Shown here: positions 12,901 through 24,744 of the stretch, piece by piece
Layout: each line of letters starts with the position of its first letter
Position numbering within the stretch: the stretch's first letter is position 1
Assembly: GCA_000708835.1 (NCBI GenBank)
Contig: DF237079.1
Coordinates: 116,787-180,786 of the forward strand
Direction of reading: 5' to 3'
Length of the DNA: 64,000 nucleotides
Source: Klebsormidium nitens
Lineage: Eukaryota > Plantae > Klebsormidiophyceae
The notes under the pieces: model-generated
What the model saw: only the letters and a program-made list of their open reading frames with translations
Databases searched by the model: none
Told to the model about the DNA's origin: nothing
Position numbers and translations under genes: made by a program

Positions 12901-15900
12901 AGAGAGCGAAAACCCGGAACGCGCCTTCCAGATTCGAAACCCCAGTTCCATATCAAAGCTTTCCGACGTGAAACCCACGTCTTATCTTGCCAAGCCTCAG
13001 TTTATGACAGTTGAGCTTCTCGGTCCACCCTTCTCTCTCCTTCTTCCCAGATTCCTATAATGATAGGCTCAAACCTACACCTCTATCATTTTCACGAAAC
13101 AGAAACGAATCAACATTCTGACACCGCGTTTAGCTTTGCCCCTGCAGGCAGGTCATGCCCGACGATGGAGTAGTAGCGCTCGACAACGGCATGTACAAAA
13201 TCTGGTTCGCACGCTTGTATGCGGTAAGACCTTCGTCCGCCAACCTATTTCAAATCCAATCTTCTTGAGATGGCCTCCGGTTAGATGCGGTCATGACTGG
13301 CCGCAGACGATGTCTACAAGAAATCTAGTTGTCTATGGCAGTACGACGATGTGCTCTTGAAAGCTCAAGGGCTTGGTACAGTGACATTGTGTGCGGCATC
13401 TGTCGGCAGCCTCTGCGTTGTGGCCGTGCGAGCCCATTTTGAGGCTGCTTCAATCGTTGTCATAAACACAGTGCCCACTTCAGTTGCTTTTAGCGCCCGC
13501 AAGACCGCACTCATCTTGCGCGTGTATGCTCTGACGTCACCGAGAGGACAGACGTTGTTGATCAGAGGAATTGCTTATACTGGTATCGACTTTTTTTTGT
13601 TGACTTTTGCAACCGATGTTGCACAGGCAGTCAGTGGAGAGCCCAACACGCTTTTGCAGGCAGATAACATCTCCTGTCCTCTTTCCCTGTTGATGGGATG
13701 CTTATGGCTTGGATCTTGAGAAATTAAAAAGGAACAAAGACCTGATTTCATAAAATTCGGCAGGCGGTGGAGCCCAACACGCTGTTGCTGGACAACGCTC
13801 TGGCCACCATGGGCGCCGGGCTCCCTTCCGCGATGGCGGTTGCGCTGCTCAACCCTGAGAAAAAGGTGCTGGCCGTGGCGGGAGACGGCGGGTTCATGAT
13901 GAACTCGCAGGTGGGGCACCGGGGGTTTCTCCGTTCGTATTTGCTTCTCTCGTCCTTTTCCAGCATCGGACATGCACAGAAGATTGACCAAGGTAGCTGT
14001 TGACGAGTAAGGTTAGTCATGCTAGGATTCGGATGCTCCAGTAGTAACCATTCGAAATGCTCTTGGAAATATTGACTAGCATTGTGAGAGAACGCTCCGG
14101 CGCGTGATGCATGCTCGAAAGCGTCCGTTGTGTGGTGGTTTTACTGCAGTGCGGTCAGGACAATTGGAAGTTCCATCCGCGCAAGGGGATGAAGCATGCG
14201 CATCATTTCTCGCCTTGAAAAAGCTGAATGAAAGCATCCGTTCGGGAGATTGCAGATTTCATCTGCCCAGTAATAGAAATACGAGCTCTTTTAACCCCGA
14301 GGATAGCGAAACGAACAAGCGGTGTGTTTGATTGCAGGAGCTGGAGACGTGCGTCCGGCTGAATCTGAACATTACGGTCGCCGTGTTGAACGACAGCGGG
14401 TTCGGGATGATCAAGTGGAAGCAGAAGGCCGAGGGCCTGCCTAAGTGAGAGCCTAAACTCGAATCCTTGACGACTACAAGATACAAAATGCAAAGGTTGG
14501 AATTAAGAGGTCCAGATTTGTCCAGGATACACCAGCGTCAAAGCGATCTAGATTGCATGTGCGCTCCTCCTCGACAGCATCTAGATTCTTGAGATCCCGG
14601 CAAATCACGCCGTTTGCATCGCTGTTCACAACAACGAGTCCTTGGGATCCAGCATTGCGGCGGACCAGCAACCATGGCGCCAACAGCTCTTTCTGACGGA
14701 AGCCGCTTCTGATGCCTCATCGCGGATAGGCTGCGTGTCTCGCGAAACGGCTACGAATTGAACCTTTGGGCCATCTAGGCTGCGCTTTAGGCTGGGGAGG
14801 CACGTTCCATACAACGCGCGCTCCACAAGAGGGTAAACTTCATCCACAAAACGGACGTGGCCACAATGACTGAGCTTCGTGTGCTTATGATGCAGGTTTG
14901 GCCTAGAGTACGGGAACCCAGACTTCGTCGCTTATGCAGAGGCGTAAGTTCAGACCACCCTTCTTTTTTCAAGATAAGTTTATTTTTGGGTCCTGCTTCG
15001 TAATGCCGCAACGCCTGTCTTGTTTGCTCCTTTGGGCATCACTGACCGTTTCAGAGCTGTCACTCCGCTTCTGAACGCTGCCGTCTGTTTCCCGTCTTGT
15101 ACTGCTACTGGCTGCGTTGAAACGCAACGGCCACAACACCGGTTCCTCAGGCCGTTGCACTGGTCGACGCACGAAAGGACTCGGTCTCTACTTAAACGCC
15201 TGTCAGTGCAGGATTCTCTTCTGGACAACTAAGTGCACGAACGGTATGCATTTTCTTCCTAAACTCTTTGTGTGCAGTTGTCTGACTCCCACCCGAATTC
15301 TGGTTCACTTTCGCTTATTCCATTTTGCAGGTACGGGATGAAGGGGTACCGCGTCAACTCCGCCGACGAGCTGCTTCCGCTCCTCAAGAAAACGTTCGAC
15401 GAGCCCGGCCCCAAGCTTATCGAGGTGCGTCGGTTCTTTTCTGCTAGTCGAGAACCAGTGCTGCCCACTTTGTTCTCCCCTCTTCGAACGGAGCCTTTGA
15501 CTGGCGAGGTCGTCAGTTGCTGACATGATGGTCGGCGCTCGTTCAACAGTCGTTCATAAAGATGGTTTGTTCGCAAGTCTTAACGGTGAACCCCTTGGGC
15601 CTTACGGTCGGCCTCGCCGCTGGGCGGATGCGCTGCATATATGTGGCGGCGAAGGAGAGTCGACGCTGACCTTTCGACACCACATTTCTAAGGCGCCTGG
15701 ATATCAAGCGTATGTAGTACTTGAGTCTCTGTTGCCTTGACATGCTGTGTCTGGACTGGCTGGCTGGTTCTTACTTCCAGTCGATGTATCGACCGTTGGT
15801 TGGGGCTATTGGTATTCTCCCCTTGTTGTGAATTCTCTCCCAATGACTTTCAAAACTATCCGGTCGGATGAGACTTAAGGAAAGCCGCCGTTCCTTTGTT

Positions 15901-16215
15901 CTTTTGGTGGTGCAGATTCCTATCGCTTACGATTGGGCCAACGAGCTGCTAGACAAGGAGCTGCCCGGCAAGTTGCAAGAGCAAGCATCCGTGCCTAAGA
16001 CGCCCATACCGGAGGAACTGAGAGCTATCGTGGAAGGAAGCAAGCCCGTTCCATTGTCGCTGCCTCAAACCGCGCAGACTCCCGGTGAACCCAAGATCAC
16101 GCAAGACACGGCTCGTGAGGATGCTTTCTTGAAAGCGCGAGAGGAGGAGAATCCGCTGCCGTCATCAGATGCGGAGACACCAAAGACTGTGCCGAAGTCG
16201 ACTTCGCAGATCTAG
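6912..16215 (+). CDS. Bacterial-type acetolactate synthase large subunit-like ThDP-dependent enzyme, 15 exons, about 634 aa
   Basis: Exons 6912-7005, 7485-7741, 8411-8461, 9472-9746, 10196-10266, 10721-10850, 11161-11233, 11624-11716, 12481-12569, 13148-13223, 13764-13910, 14338-14444, 14896-14943, 15331-15424, 15916-16215, all phases compatible. Motifs: KTSDLFARALENEGIKYIFGIPGEENLDF, LTRHEQAAGFMAA (catalytic Glu), STLGPGATN, ITGQKP, AVHLELPED, ThDP motif GDGGFMMNSQELET...NDSGFGMIKWKQ, and GNPDFVAYA. Confidence 0.92.
8930..9575 (+). repeat. Four tandem copies (period 161-163 bp) of the ALS intron-3 end plus the first ~100 bp of exon 4; only the last copy is the functional exon
   Basis: Exon-like starts at 8986, 9148, 9309 and 9472 translate as ILKQVGDGDLAPLLVCKSIRVAK*, FTKQIADGDRVPSLVRESIPVAKEERSRAVHLE, FIKQIADGDLVPLLVHESICVAEEERPKAVHLEQN* and the real FTKQIADGDLVPSLVRESIRVAEEERPGAVHLELPED. 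Confidence 0.93.
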
Positions 16216-19129
16216 CGACCTCTAGGGTGTACTATAGTCCTCTGAGTGTAGTTATTGCGAGTGCTTGATTGTAAGTGTCCTCCCATTGTGCTTTTCATTC
16301 TGGTTCTTGTCTGTGTAATCAGCACCGAACCATAACATTGCGCACCACAAGACAACACTGTTGAGATCTGGTCAATAAGCGCGTGAGAAACTGATATAAA
16401 ACAGTCGGATTGGCCTACAAGCCCAGGCCCGAGAAGATGACGTGTTGGTTGAGTTAGCGATGAACATCCAACGAAACTTGTTTCTCTAGGTTCATCGTGA
16501 GAAGGCTTCAATCGCCCGAGCAATTGCCTTCCAATATTGTCAAGCAATTTGGAACGACCTTGGTTGGAGGCACGGTGGCATGTGACTGGAATGTGGCCCC
16601 CATGGATGATGCAGCATGATTGAACGAGCAGGCTGGCAAGTATATCAACCACAAATCTACATGTATGAATGTTAAGTTTAAAAGTTGTGCACTAGCAGAG
16701 GCATCCGGGGCAAATCGTATCTCGATGCCTGCAATCTACCTGATGTACCAAGTACCGTAGGTACTGGGTAATTTAAAATTCTTGGGGTATACCGACAATT
16801 GCATACAACCTTCTCAACAAGCGTTCAATACCATGGCCATTGGTGGTTCAATAATTATATTACAATTGCGCCCCTAGGCGCAAAGCCGATTCCGTTCAAC
16901 GTCATACCTAGCTAGGTAGTAGTAGTATACCTACCGTTTAACCCGTAGCCTTCTGGGCCGGCTGGCAGTGCAGTGTGCACCCATGATTGGCATCCCACAA
17001 AGTAAGTATATGCAAGGCCACATGGCGGCTGCTCAAGGAGTGCAACAAACTTGCAGATTAAACTGCAGAACTGCAAGCATCAACCGCGAGATGGGTACAT
17101 TGAATCATATCGGACGGCTGTGCACACATCAAGATTCAATCAATCTGGAAACGCCCGCGGGCTGTGATTGTGACCGGTAGAAACCTGCCCCAGAAATATC
17201 TGTTCGTAGTTGAGCAGACATGACGCTCCTCCACACGGGCGAAAGGCACGGACGTCATCATGAAGGTCATCATTCATTTCTTGCCTCGCTTTTGCAGAAC
17301 TAGAGCTGAGCTCTATGTACAGTCTACTACGGTACCTACTACAGTACTACTAGGTACTATAGGTACTTCCGTAGCTAGCTAGCCAGCGCTCTGCTTCATG
17401 GCGGTTCAATGGAGAACCTTGAAGGAGAACGTTGAGCGGGGCAGGAGACCAGGGCAGTTGGGAGGACAGCTCAGCTGGCTTGCTTGCTGAAAAGCGTGGA
17501 TTGAGCCACGGAGGGTGTTTGGAGGGTTCTTGAGATTCTCGGGGTGTTTGGGTTGAGCCTTTCGGCAGGATTTGCGGATGTTGAAGTGGGGCGCCAAACG
17601 CTTTCACCTGTGTTGGGATGCCAGTGACGAAGGGTCCTTGGTTCATCAGTAGTTTAGAGCGGAAGTGGGGCACGGACTTTTGACATCAAGAAGATTGGGT
17701 TTCTGCTGGCATAGTAAGCAATAGCTTGTACTCGGGCCTTTTCCAATGCTAAGGCAGTAACTGGATCTGCATGCAGCAGTCTAGTGACAGCGGGCACCTC
17801 GGGTTTGAAAGCAAGAGTTCGGATATCATCCAAGGGATATTGCATAAACAGTCACATTGGGGCATTGTAGGCTGTTGAGCTTGAAGGGAGGTAAGTTATT
17901 CGGTTTTGTTGGAGCGGCCTGCATCAGCAGAATGATGGTGCTGGCCTGTCGAAATCCTGATGGATGTGCTATCGTCATGGCCCCAAGATGGTCTCTCAGA
18001 TTCATCTTTTGTGGAGGTTGGATTGTGCAACAATGCCTGTACGGTCAGGTTTGCTGGTTCTAAACGAGCTGAGTTTGTAACAATGGTGGACTGAGAAGGA
18101 TTTCTCGCGTGAAGACTTCATTGTTATTGTCTGAGAAATGTAATGGGTGGCCATGGCTGAGATCTGGGGTCAGGTTCCGAATGAGCATATCCAACTTTGA
18201 TCGCATAGATGGCTTCTCCTTGTGCCGTTAGACATGCTGTAACATCTCAACGAACTTGATACGAAGACGCTGTTGTTCTATAATATCATCTGCTGTTGCT
18301 TTTTGGCAGCTATGACCATTTGTCCACCTAAATATCGCTTCTCTGTCGATATGAGCAGCCAGGAGAAAGCAAAATAGTGAGTCGCAAGCTCATTGTAGTC
18401 TGGAGAGAAAGCGTAGTCATTCATGCTTCCAAAGAAACAGCCTGGCAATCATCCTCGCGGAATGTATTAGGACAGGGTTTTGTAGCCAGCGCTCCCTCTT
18501 ACTGGTCAACAGGCTTGCGCTGATCCCAGATTGGATAGGACTGTTCCTGTCACTCGGCGCTCCCTGTGCTAAGTCCTGCTGTTTGCAAAGCATTTGTTCC
18601 ACCATTGTGAAGTTTCTGCTTTCTGTGTGCTGGTTGAGCTCCCTTGCAACTGTTGCTCTGAGCATACCTCCTCTCGGTAAGCAAGAGGGTTTTCATTGTG
18701 GATTTTGTGCAACAGGTGCTTCAATCTCTGTAGGCTACCGCTCTGAATGATTCCGTTTCTGTGCAATAGCCGAGTATGTGTATTGTCTGGTCTGAACCTG
18801 CACACTTTTGTGAGGGCCATTCAATGTATCAGACTTTTCCATGTGTTGCATCAAAGTGATATGCTAATGAAGTTTCGCTTGCAACTCGTTTTGCACGCGC
18901 CTTTTCTGGATGTTTGCAACTGTATTTGACTCAGCTTTCCAACTCACTGAAAGTGCTTGCCCTGTTTTTTTGCAACATGCCGTAGAGTACTTAAAGAGAC
19001 GTGTTCACCCTCGTTTTGCCGTCGATTTTCCCGTTACAAAACAAGCGTGCCAGGCGAATCTTCAGGGGTTTCAAGGATCAAACCAGCAAGAACCTGGTCT
19101 GATGTGAACTAAAATGCTTTGCCTGCAGC

Positions 19130-22100
19130 ATGCTTGCTCCCGGGGGCACGGACTTCTCCTCATTCCACTCCACAATGCAAGAGACAAACTCCGACAACGA
19201 GTACAACACCGCCTCGGAAACTGGGGGCTCCAAGGGCTTGCATCACCCCCAGCCTCAGTTACCTGTCAATGGGGTCACTCTACATTTCCCCAACCAAGGG
19301 AACTCGACCAGGGGGTTCCATTTACCCCCGATTATCGCCCCCCCCATGACATTTGACACCACATGGCAGCTCAGCCCCGCAACTGCACAAATGGCGTATG
19401 ATATGGTGTTCAACCGGCAGCCGTCGCCGTCCGCAAATGCGATGCGGCCGCAGGTGATGCGCATGCAGGACGGGTTGGGACAGCTGACCTCGCTCAGTGA
19501 GTACGCCATTTTTTGTACAGATCAGTCTGATCTTCTCCCTGTAGCAATCTAAGTTCCAAGTCCGCACGTTACTGGTAAAATCCAGTGCATAGGTAATCAA
19601 ACGAGGCCGGTCATTTTTGGGACAGGATGAGTAATCTTGTTCAGTATGATGAGGGGGTACCCGCATCAACAGAAGCGGTGAAGGGTATGTCAAGAACTTA
19701 AGCCTCATGGTTTGCATACTCGATGGTTCGGATTTAGCACATGGCCAAATAGCTTTTGGTCGGCAGACCAACCTAGACCGCTCTGCCTAACCAGTGTTTC
19801 AAAGACTCGCAGACTCGGCATTTGGGTTTTCATCTCTGCAAAAGAAGAGATGCGTTGATTGTCGTCTTTAGGTGTGCTCAACAGCAACTCCCTAACAGGC
19901 TCAGTCGCTTTGAGGGTGGGACCAAGTTCTGCTGTTTTGATCTCACAGGAACTCTCCGTGTTTTTTTTGAGATGTCATCACACTCTGTGCTGCAAACTTT
20001 GTGTTTTGGCCAGGGAACCAGGGGTGATCAGCAGCAACTTATGGTCCGTTTGCATGCACACGCAGTCAGCACTTGACTGGTGTAATTCTGTGGTTGAAAT
20101 CCGCTTTGCAACAGGCAAAGACACACTACATACATTGTGGAGGCCTTGTTATTTACACTGGTAAATGCAGTCTGTCCCCTTATTACGGCATTGCAAATCC
20201 AAGTGACAACTATGTTTGCGTAGTATATGGAATCTCTGACCATGCCTCAGGCGGCTTTGAGGGGGCCTGTTTAAAATCCATTTTCAAAAGGTACTGCCAA
20301 CTTTTGCCGAACCTCCGTCTGACCTGGCCCTACTCTTCTCTCCGCCCCCCCCCTCCAGCAACCAATGGAGACGAAGGCGCCTTTCAGCAAGTCGCCCGCT
20401 CGACCGACCTGCTGGTGCAGCCCCCCCACCTGATGGACTCCCTCAACCGCAATCCAGTCTCCGCGCCCCTGACTGTAAACCTCACTTCCGGAAGCGACGT
20501 CAACGCCCCGATCGACGTCAACATGCAACCTCCCCAGAGGGATGAGGGCGACTCTGCGGGGCAATCGGAAGAGTTTGATGACGACGATGTGAAGCCGTCG
20601 GTTTCGGGGCGGAAGCGGGATGCGCAGGGGGGCGGGGAGGAGAGCGTGACGGGACGCAAGAAGCTGAAGCTGTCCAAGGAGCAGGCGGAGCTTCTCGAGA
20701 AGGCCTTCCGCGAGAACAACACGCTCAATCCGGTATGTGTTCATGTCTTTCGCGCAGCTAAGATTGGCGTTCTCTTCTGAAATTGTATCGTAAGCATCTA
20801 GGAAAGGCTTTCAGCATAATCAGCACGCTCAGAGTTAATCTGGCTCGTGAACGTTGCTACTCTCACTGAAAGGACTTAGCCGTACAAAAGCGCGTGAACG
20901 TTGCTACTCTCACTGAAAGGACTTAGCCGTACAAAAGCTCTGTGTCCGCAAGCAAGCCTAACAGAGCCTGGGTCTATTTTGGTGAGCTCCGCTTTTATGA
21001 TAACGGATATTGAAGGGCAAAAGTTTTTCCAATCCCCATATATCGGTTGCTTTGTCGGCAATGAAAATTACGTCTCTTATGATCTTGTATCACTCTTCTA
21101 CGTTTCAAGATCGTCATGGATTCGTTCAGGGAGTTTTGATTAGCCTGTGGGAAGTCCTGCTTGTGTTGGCGGTTTATGAAGCTTGATTTCCGGATCAAGT
21201 AGGTTCTGCTTTGCATTGAACCTGGAAGGATGAGAGATTCTCACGTGAAATCCACTTTGACAGTCCGTCAAGGTACTTTGAAAGAGGATAGAGGCCTGAA
21301 AGCTGCTGCGGAGACCCTCCACTTTTGTCTTTCTTGACCTGCCCCCTCCAAAGTCATCATGCAGAACTCAGGCGTAAATTATCGAAGTTATATCCTCCCC
21401 AATCTCCTGTAGCATTGTCCTCTTGTACAAACCGTTTCTCGTGTTCTTGCAGGCTGCCAAGAGCACCCTCGCGACCAAGTTGAATCTCCGAGCGCGCCAG
21501 GTGGAGGTTTGGTTCCAGAACCGGAGGGCCAGGTGAGCCCGTAGCAAACTTGCGGAGGGTGCAGCGGGTGCCGCTTCTTTCGGTTCTACAGTCAATATGC
21601 TTTCGCCAACAAGGTCTGGGCCGTTTGTCAGCCTCCAAACGCATGTCCTAAAGCATTCGTGTTTTGGCCTACAGTTCAAAGGAAGTGCTACTCAACAATG
21701 ATCAGTAGTCAACAACATGACATCAACGTGGTCGCTGGGCTTAATTCAAAGCGGGCTTGCATTACAGACGCGCCAGCATTCTCTTCCATCTTGCTGCACG
21801 CTTCCTTGTCGCTGCAAAGTTGAAAATACAGCGTCTCGAGGCCTCTGATCTAAGTGCGCCTCATGAGCCTGGTCATAAGCTTCAGGCCTCATTCTCGTGC
21901 TCTCGTAGAGCGGTTGGAGGAGCGCTATGGATAGGCAGCAGTCACGCATACCCCGCTTTGAAGGCAGGTTTCTTGGAGAATATCAAGTTCTGACTGTTAC
22001 GCGAATTCGCATTAGAAGGATACATTACGGGCTACAGCGTTGCAGTCCGGACAATCCTTGCACCTTCTTCCGCTTGACTCTCGTTCAGTATGAACGGCTC

Positions 22101-22444
22101 TCATTTCTCTTGTCTCGGTTCTTCTTATGCTCGACTGTGAGTCGTTACTCACATTGTATATCGAAAACCGGTTTCTCCTTCGCAGGACGAAGTTGAAGCA
22201 GACGGAGGTTGACTGCGAGGTGCTCAAGCGCTGCTGCGAGACGCTGACTGAGGAGAACCGACGGCTTCAGAAGGAGCTGTCCGAGTTGCGCGCCTCGCAG
22301 GGGCAGTCGGGGCTCCAGGAGTTCCTTGGGCATATGCCGGCCGCCACGCTCTCGATGTGCCCCTCGTGCGAGCGGCTGACCGCTCTCGACCCGGTCAGGG
22401 GCTCGGTGATCATCAACCGGGGCAACAACCAGTATGAGCGCTGA
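19130..22444 (+). CDS. Homeodomain-leucine zipper class II (HD-Zip II) transcription factor, 4 exons, about 359 aa
   Basis: Exons 19130-19496, 20359-20732, 21453-21532, 22186-22444 are phase-compatible. Homeodomain [26 protein letters not shown]...[46 protein letters not shown] is followed by the class II CPSCE motif. Exon 1 is assigned from phase match and a strong GTGAGT donor, so it is less certain than exons 2-4. Confidence 0.9.
20846..20938 (+). repeat. Perfect 46-bp direct tandem duplication in HD-Zip II intron 2
   Basis: cgtgaacgttgctactctcactgaaaggacttagccgtacaaaagc occurs at 20846-20891 and again at 20893-20938. Confidence 0.95.
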
Positions 22445-22449
22445 GGTGT

Positions 22450-22478
22450 TGGCATTGCATGGCATAGCATGGCATGGC
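22450..22478 (+). repeat. Short (GCATN)n pentamer microsatellite just after the HD-Zip II stop codon
   Basis: ggcattgcatggcatagcatggcatggc. Confidence 0.6.
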
Positions 22479-24468
22479 GAAATATAGTAGGGGGGTATCC
22501 AGGAAGGGGGTGTCTCTCCTTAGCTGCGGCGATCGTTGGTCGGGGCAGGCCTAAGTTTTCGGGTTGCAATGGGCTTATTTGGACTAGCTTAGGGCAGATT
22601 CGGGCGTCATGGCATTTTTTTCTCAGATCAAGGGCGAGGGCGGAATTGCAAGATTCGCGCACGCTGTTGGGATAGGATTACAGACGGGACGTGGGTGTTC
22701 CTGGGACTTCGCTAAACATTTCGAGACCAACAATTCTGATTGCTTGCAAGTAATAGGTGCTCGCTATACAGCGTAGTTTTCCGTGTAGGTGTTGTAAGGA
22801 ACGGACCCACTGTAGGCTTGCTTTATTCATCCAGTCGATACATCTTTGTTTGGCAGCGCTGAACACTTTGGTGTACTACAATACTCGCTAGCACACCAGT
22901 GCTCAATTCCGTTTTAGGCTTATCACAGTACAAGGATGTTGACCCAGCTTTTTCCTGATTTGCACCAGAGGACGCATGTTTGCCATTATTGAGGCCGCAT
23001 GCGCATGACGGTCCAGCATGTTTTGACTCTTGTAACCCGGCTCTATATACATGCCAGCAGCCCTGACATGTGGATGTACAGGCTTACGAGATGAGTTTTA
23101 GCATGAAAAGCTAAATTACATCGTGACGTATGTGTCATGGCCACACGGTCTACATACGTCACGGTGTTTCGATTAACATCTGCCATGGTCACTGCACTAT
23201 ATCTGCACATGATGCATGTAAGCGATGTTAGCTAGCAGAGCTTCGATCTGATGCCAGAAGATTCCATGACGGTCGCGGTACTTAGATTGATCATCCCTGC
23301 TGCAGCTAGCTCATTGTATATCTGTCGAACGAATGTTCATCCTATATAGCCTGAATCCTAGCCTGCTCATTGCCAAGTCAATGTGAGCCTGTCCACTGAT
23401 CAATCATGCTTACATGATTCACAGGGCCAGGAGGTCAAGGAGGAGTCACTGATGAAATGTTGCAAAAGATACAGCATGCCAGTGGTTGAGTATCCAATAA
23501 CCCCGAGGCCCAACGTTCAGAACTTGAGCGATCATGCATAGCTCCGCACAAGACCTCATTGAGAGCCAAACCTACAGGCGAATCAACCTCGAAATTAGCG
23601 GGCCATGCTGGGCTCAGCTATAAATAGGCACTCAATACATTTTGATTCTGGCAGGGACGCTGGCCAACCTCTTTCAAGCGCAAAATCGGTCAAACGGTTT
23701 GCATCTGGACTACAAACTCATTCAGATACGGAAAGACACTATCCTTCTGTCGTCAGCTAGGCAATAAGAACTTCAAAGAGTTAGAAACACGGAAGTTGGA
23801 GGTCTATTTATCTACAGTACATACACCTGGTGTATACAGACCCTGAATGACTGCTTCTCTTGACGTGTCAGCTTTTAAGATGCTAGAATTTTACTAGAAT
23901 TACAACTTTGTGCGAAGCTTGCCACAGGACCTGCAGATGTACAGTCAATCATCAGGACTGTAAGTGGACTAGAAAAGAATTGAATTTTCGTGAACAAAGT
24001 GCCGAGGGCCAGGTTTGAGAGCTTGGCTCGCTGTCCGCACACAATCAGACAGTTACTGCGCACATTGGACGAATGGATACCTGGCTGGCGAAATTTGAAG
24101 GCCCATCCCCTGCACTGAGAAAAAACGATGAAGCGGCCCAAGTTTTTTGAATGAGTGCCAGCTTCTGTTGAATTTGAAGGAGCTTTCATCTCAATCCAAG
24201 CAGCTCATTCGAGAACAAGTGTATTGCATAGCAGGCTCAATTTTGTAGAAGGCTGTGTTGCTTCGACGCCCCCGACAGATGATAATCCCCTGGCCCCTAT
24301 AAGCCTCATGTGCATGCAATGCTGAAGGGTCGATGGTGTCGTTTGGAAGTGTGGGCGTCACCTGAAACCAACGAGCTCAGTCGAATGACCAGAGAAACAG
24401 CGCCAATGGTGTTTCCAGTCCCTCACCTTCTTTCACTAAAGGACAAATCCAATGAGCGCTTCTCATTA

Positions 24469-24744
24469 TCAGCTGTGCTGCATCTTGTCCAGCCATACCA
24501 CGATCGCCCCAACAAACATGCTCACTCCCCCCGACACCGCCAGTCCCAGCTTCACATCAGGACTTGGGTCGTTCAAACCCAGAGGAGCTAGGAATGAAAG
24601 CACACCACCTAGTCCAATCAACCCGTAACCCAGGGGTGCTCTGTCGGGCGTTCTCTTCTTCCCCTTTGCGGCTTGCCGCTTGACTCGATCACGGAACACT
24701 TCTTGCTGCTTCTTTTTGTCGTCAAGGTCGTCTTGCGCCCCCAT
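24469..24744 (-). CDS. Putative small two-transmembrane-helix protein (91 aa; a possible 5' exon at 24934-24840)
   Basis: ATG in a good context (acaaagATGG). Charged N-terminus (DDLDDKKKQQEVFRDRVKRQ), then two Gly-rich hydrophobic segments (LGYGLIGLGGVLSFLAPLGL and LGLAVSGGVSMFVGAIVVWL). A phase-compatible acceptor (tctgtag) lies 13 nt upstream. No homologue recognised. Confidence 0.5.
   Translation of the reverse strand: MGAQDDLDDKKKQQEVFRDRVKRQAAKGKKRTPDRAPLGYGLIGLGGVLSFLAPLGLNDPSPDVKLGLAVSGGVSMFVGAIVVWLDKMQHS

Noticed and set aside
15233-15256. Possible further junction echoes (ALS intron 13 near 15233; RBM19 intron 7 near 60408)
   Set aside because: The matches are too short to separate from chance without statistics.
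16212-16652. 146-aa minus-strand ORF
   Set aside because: It has a non-ATG start, overlaps the expected ALS 3' UTR and shows no recognisable motifs.
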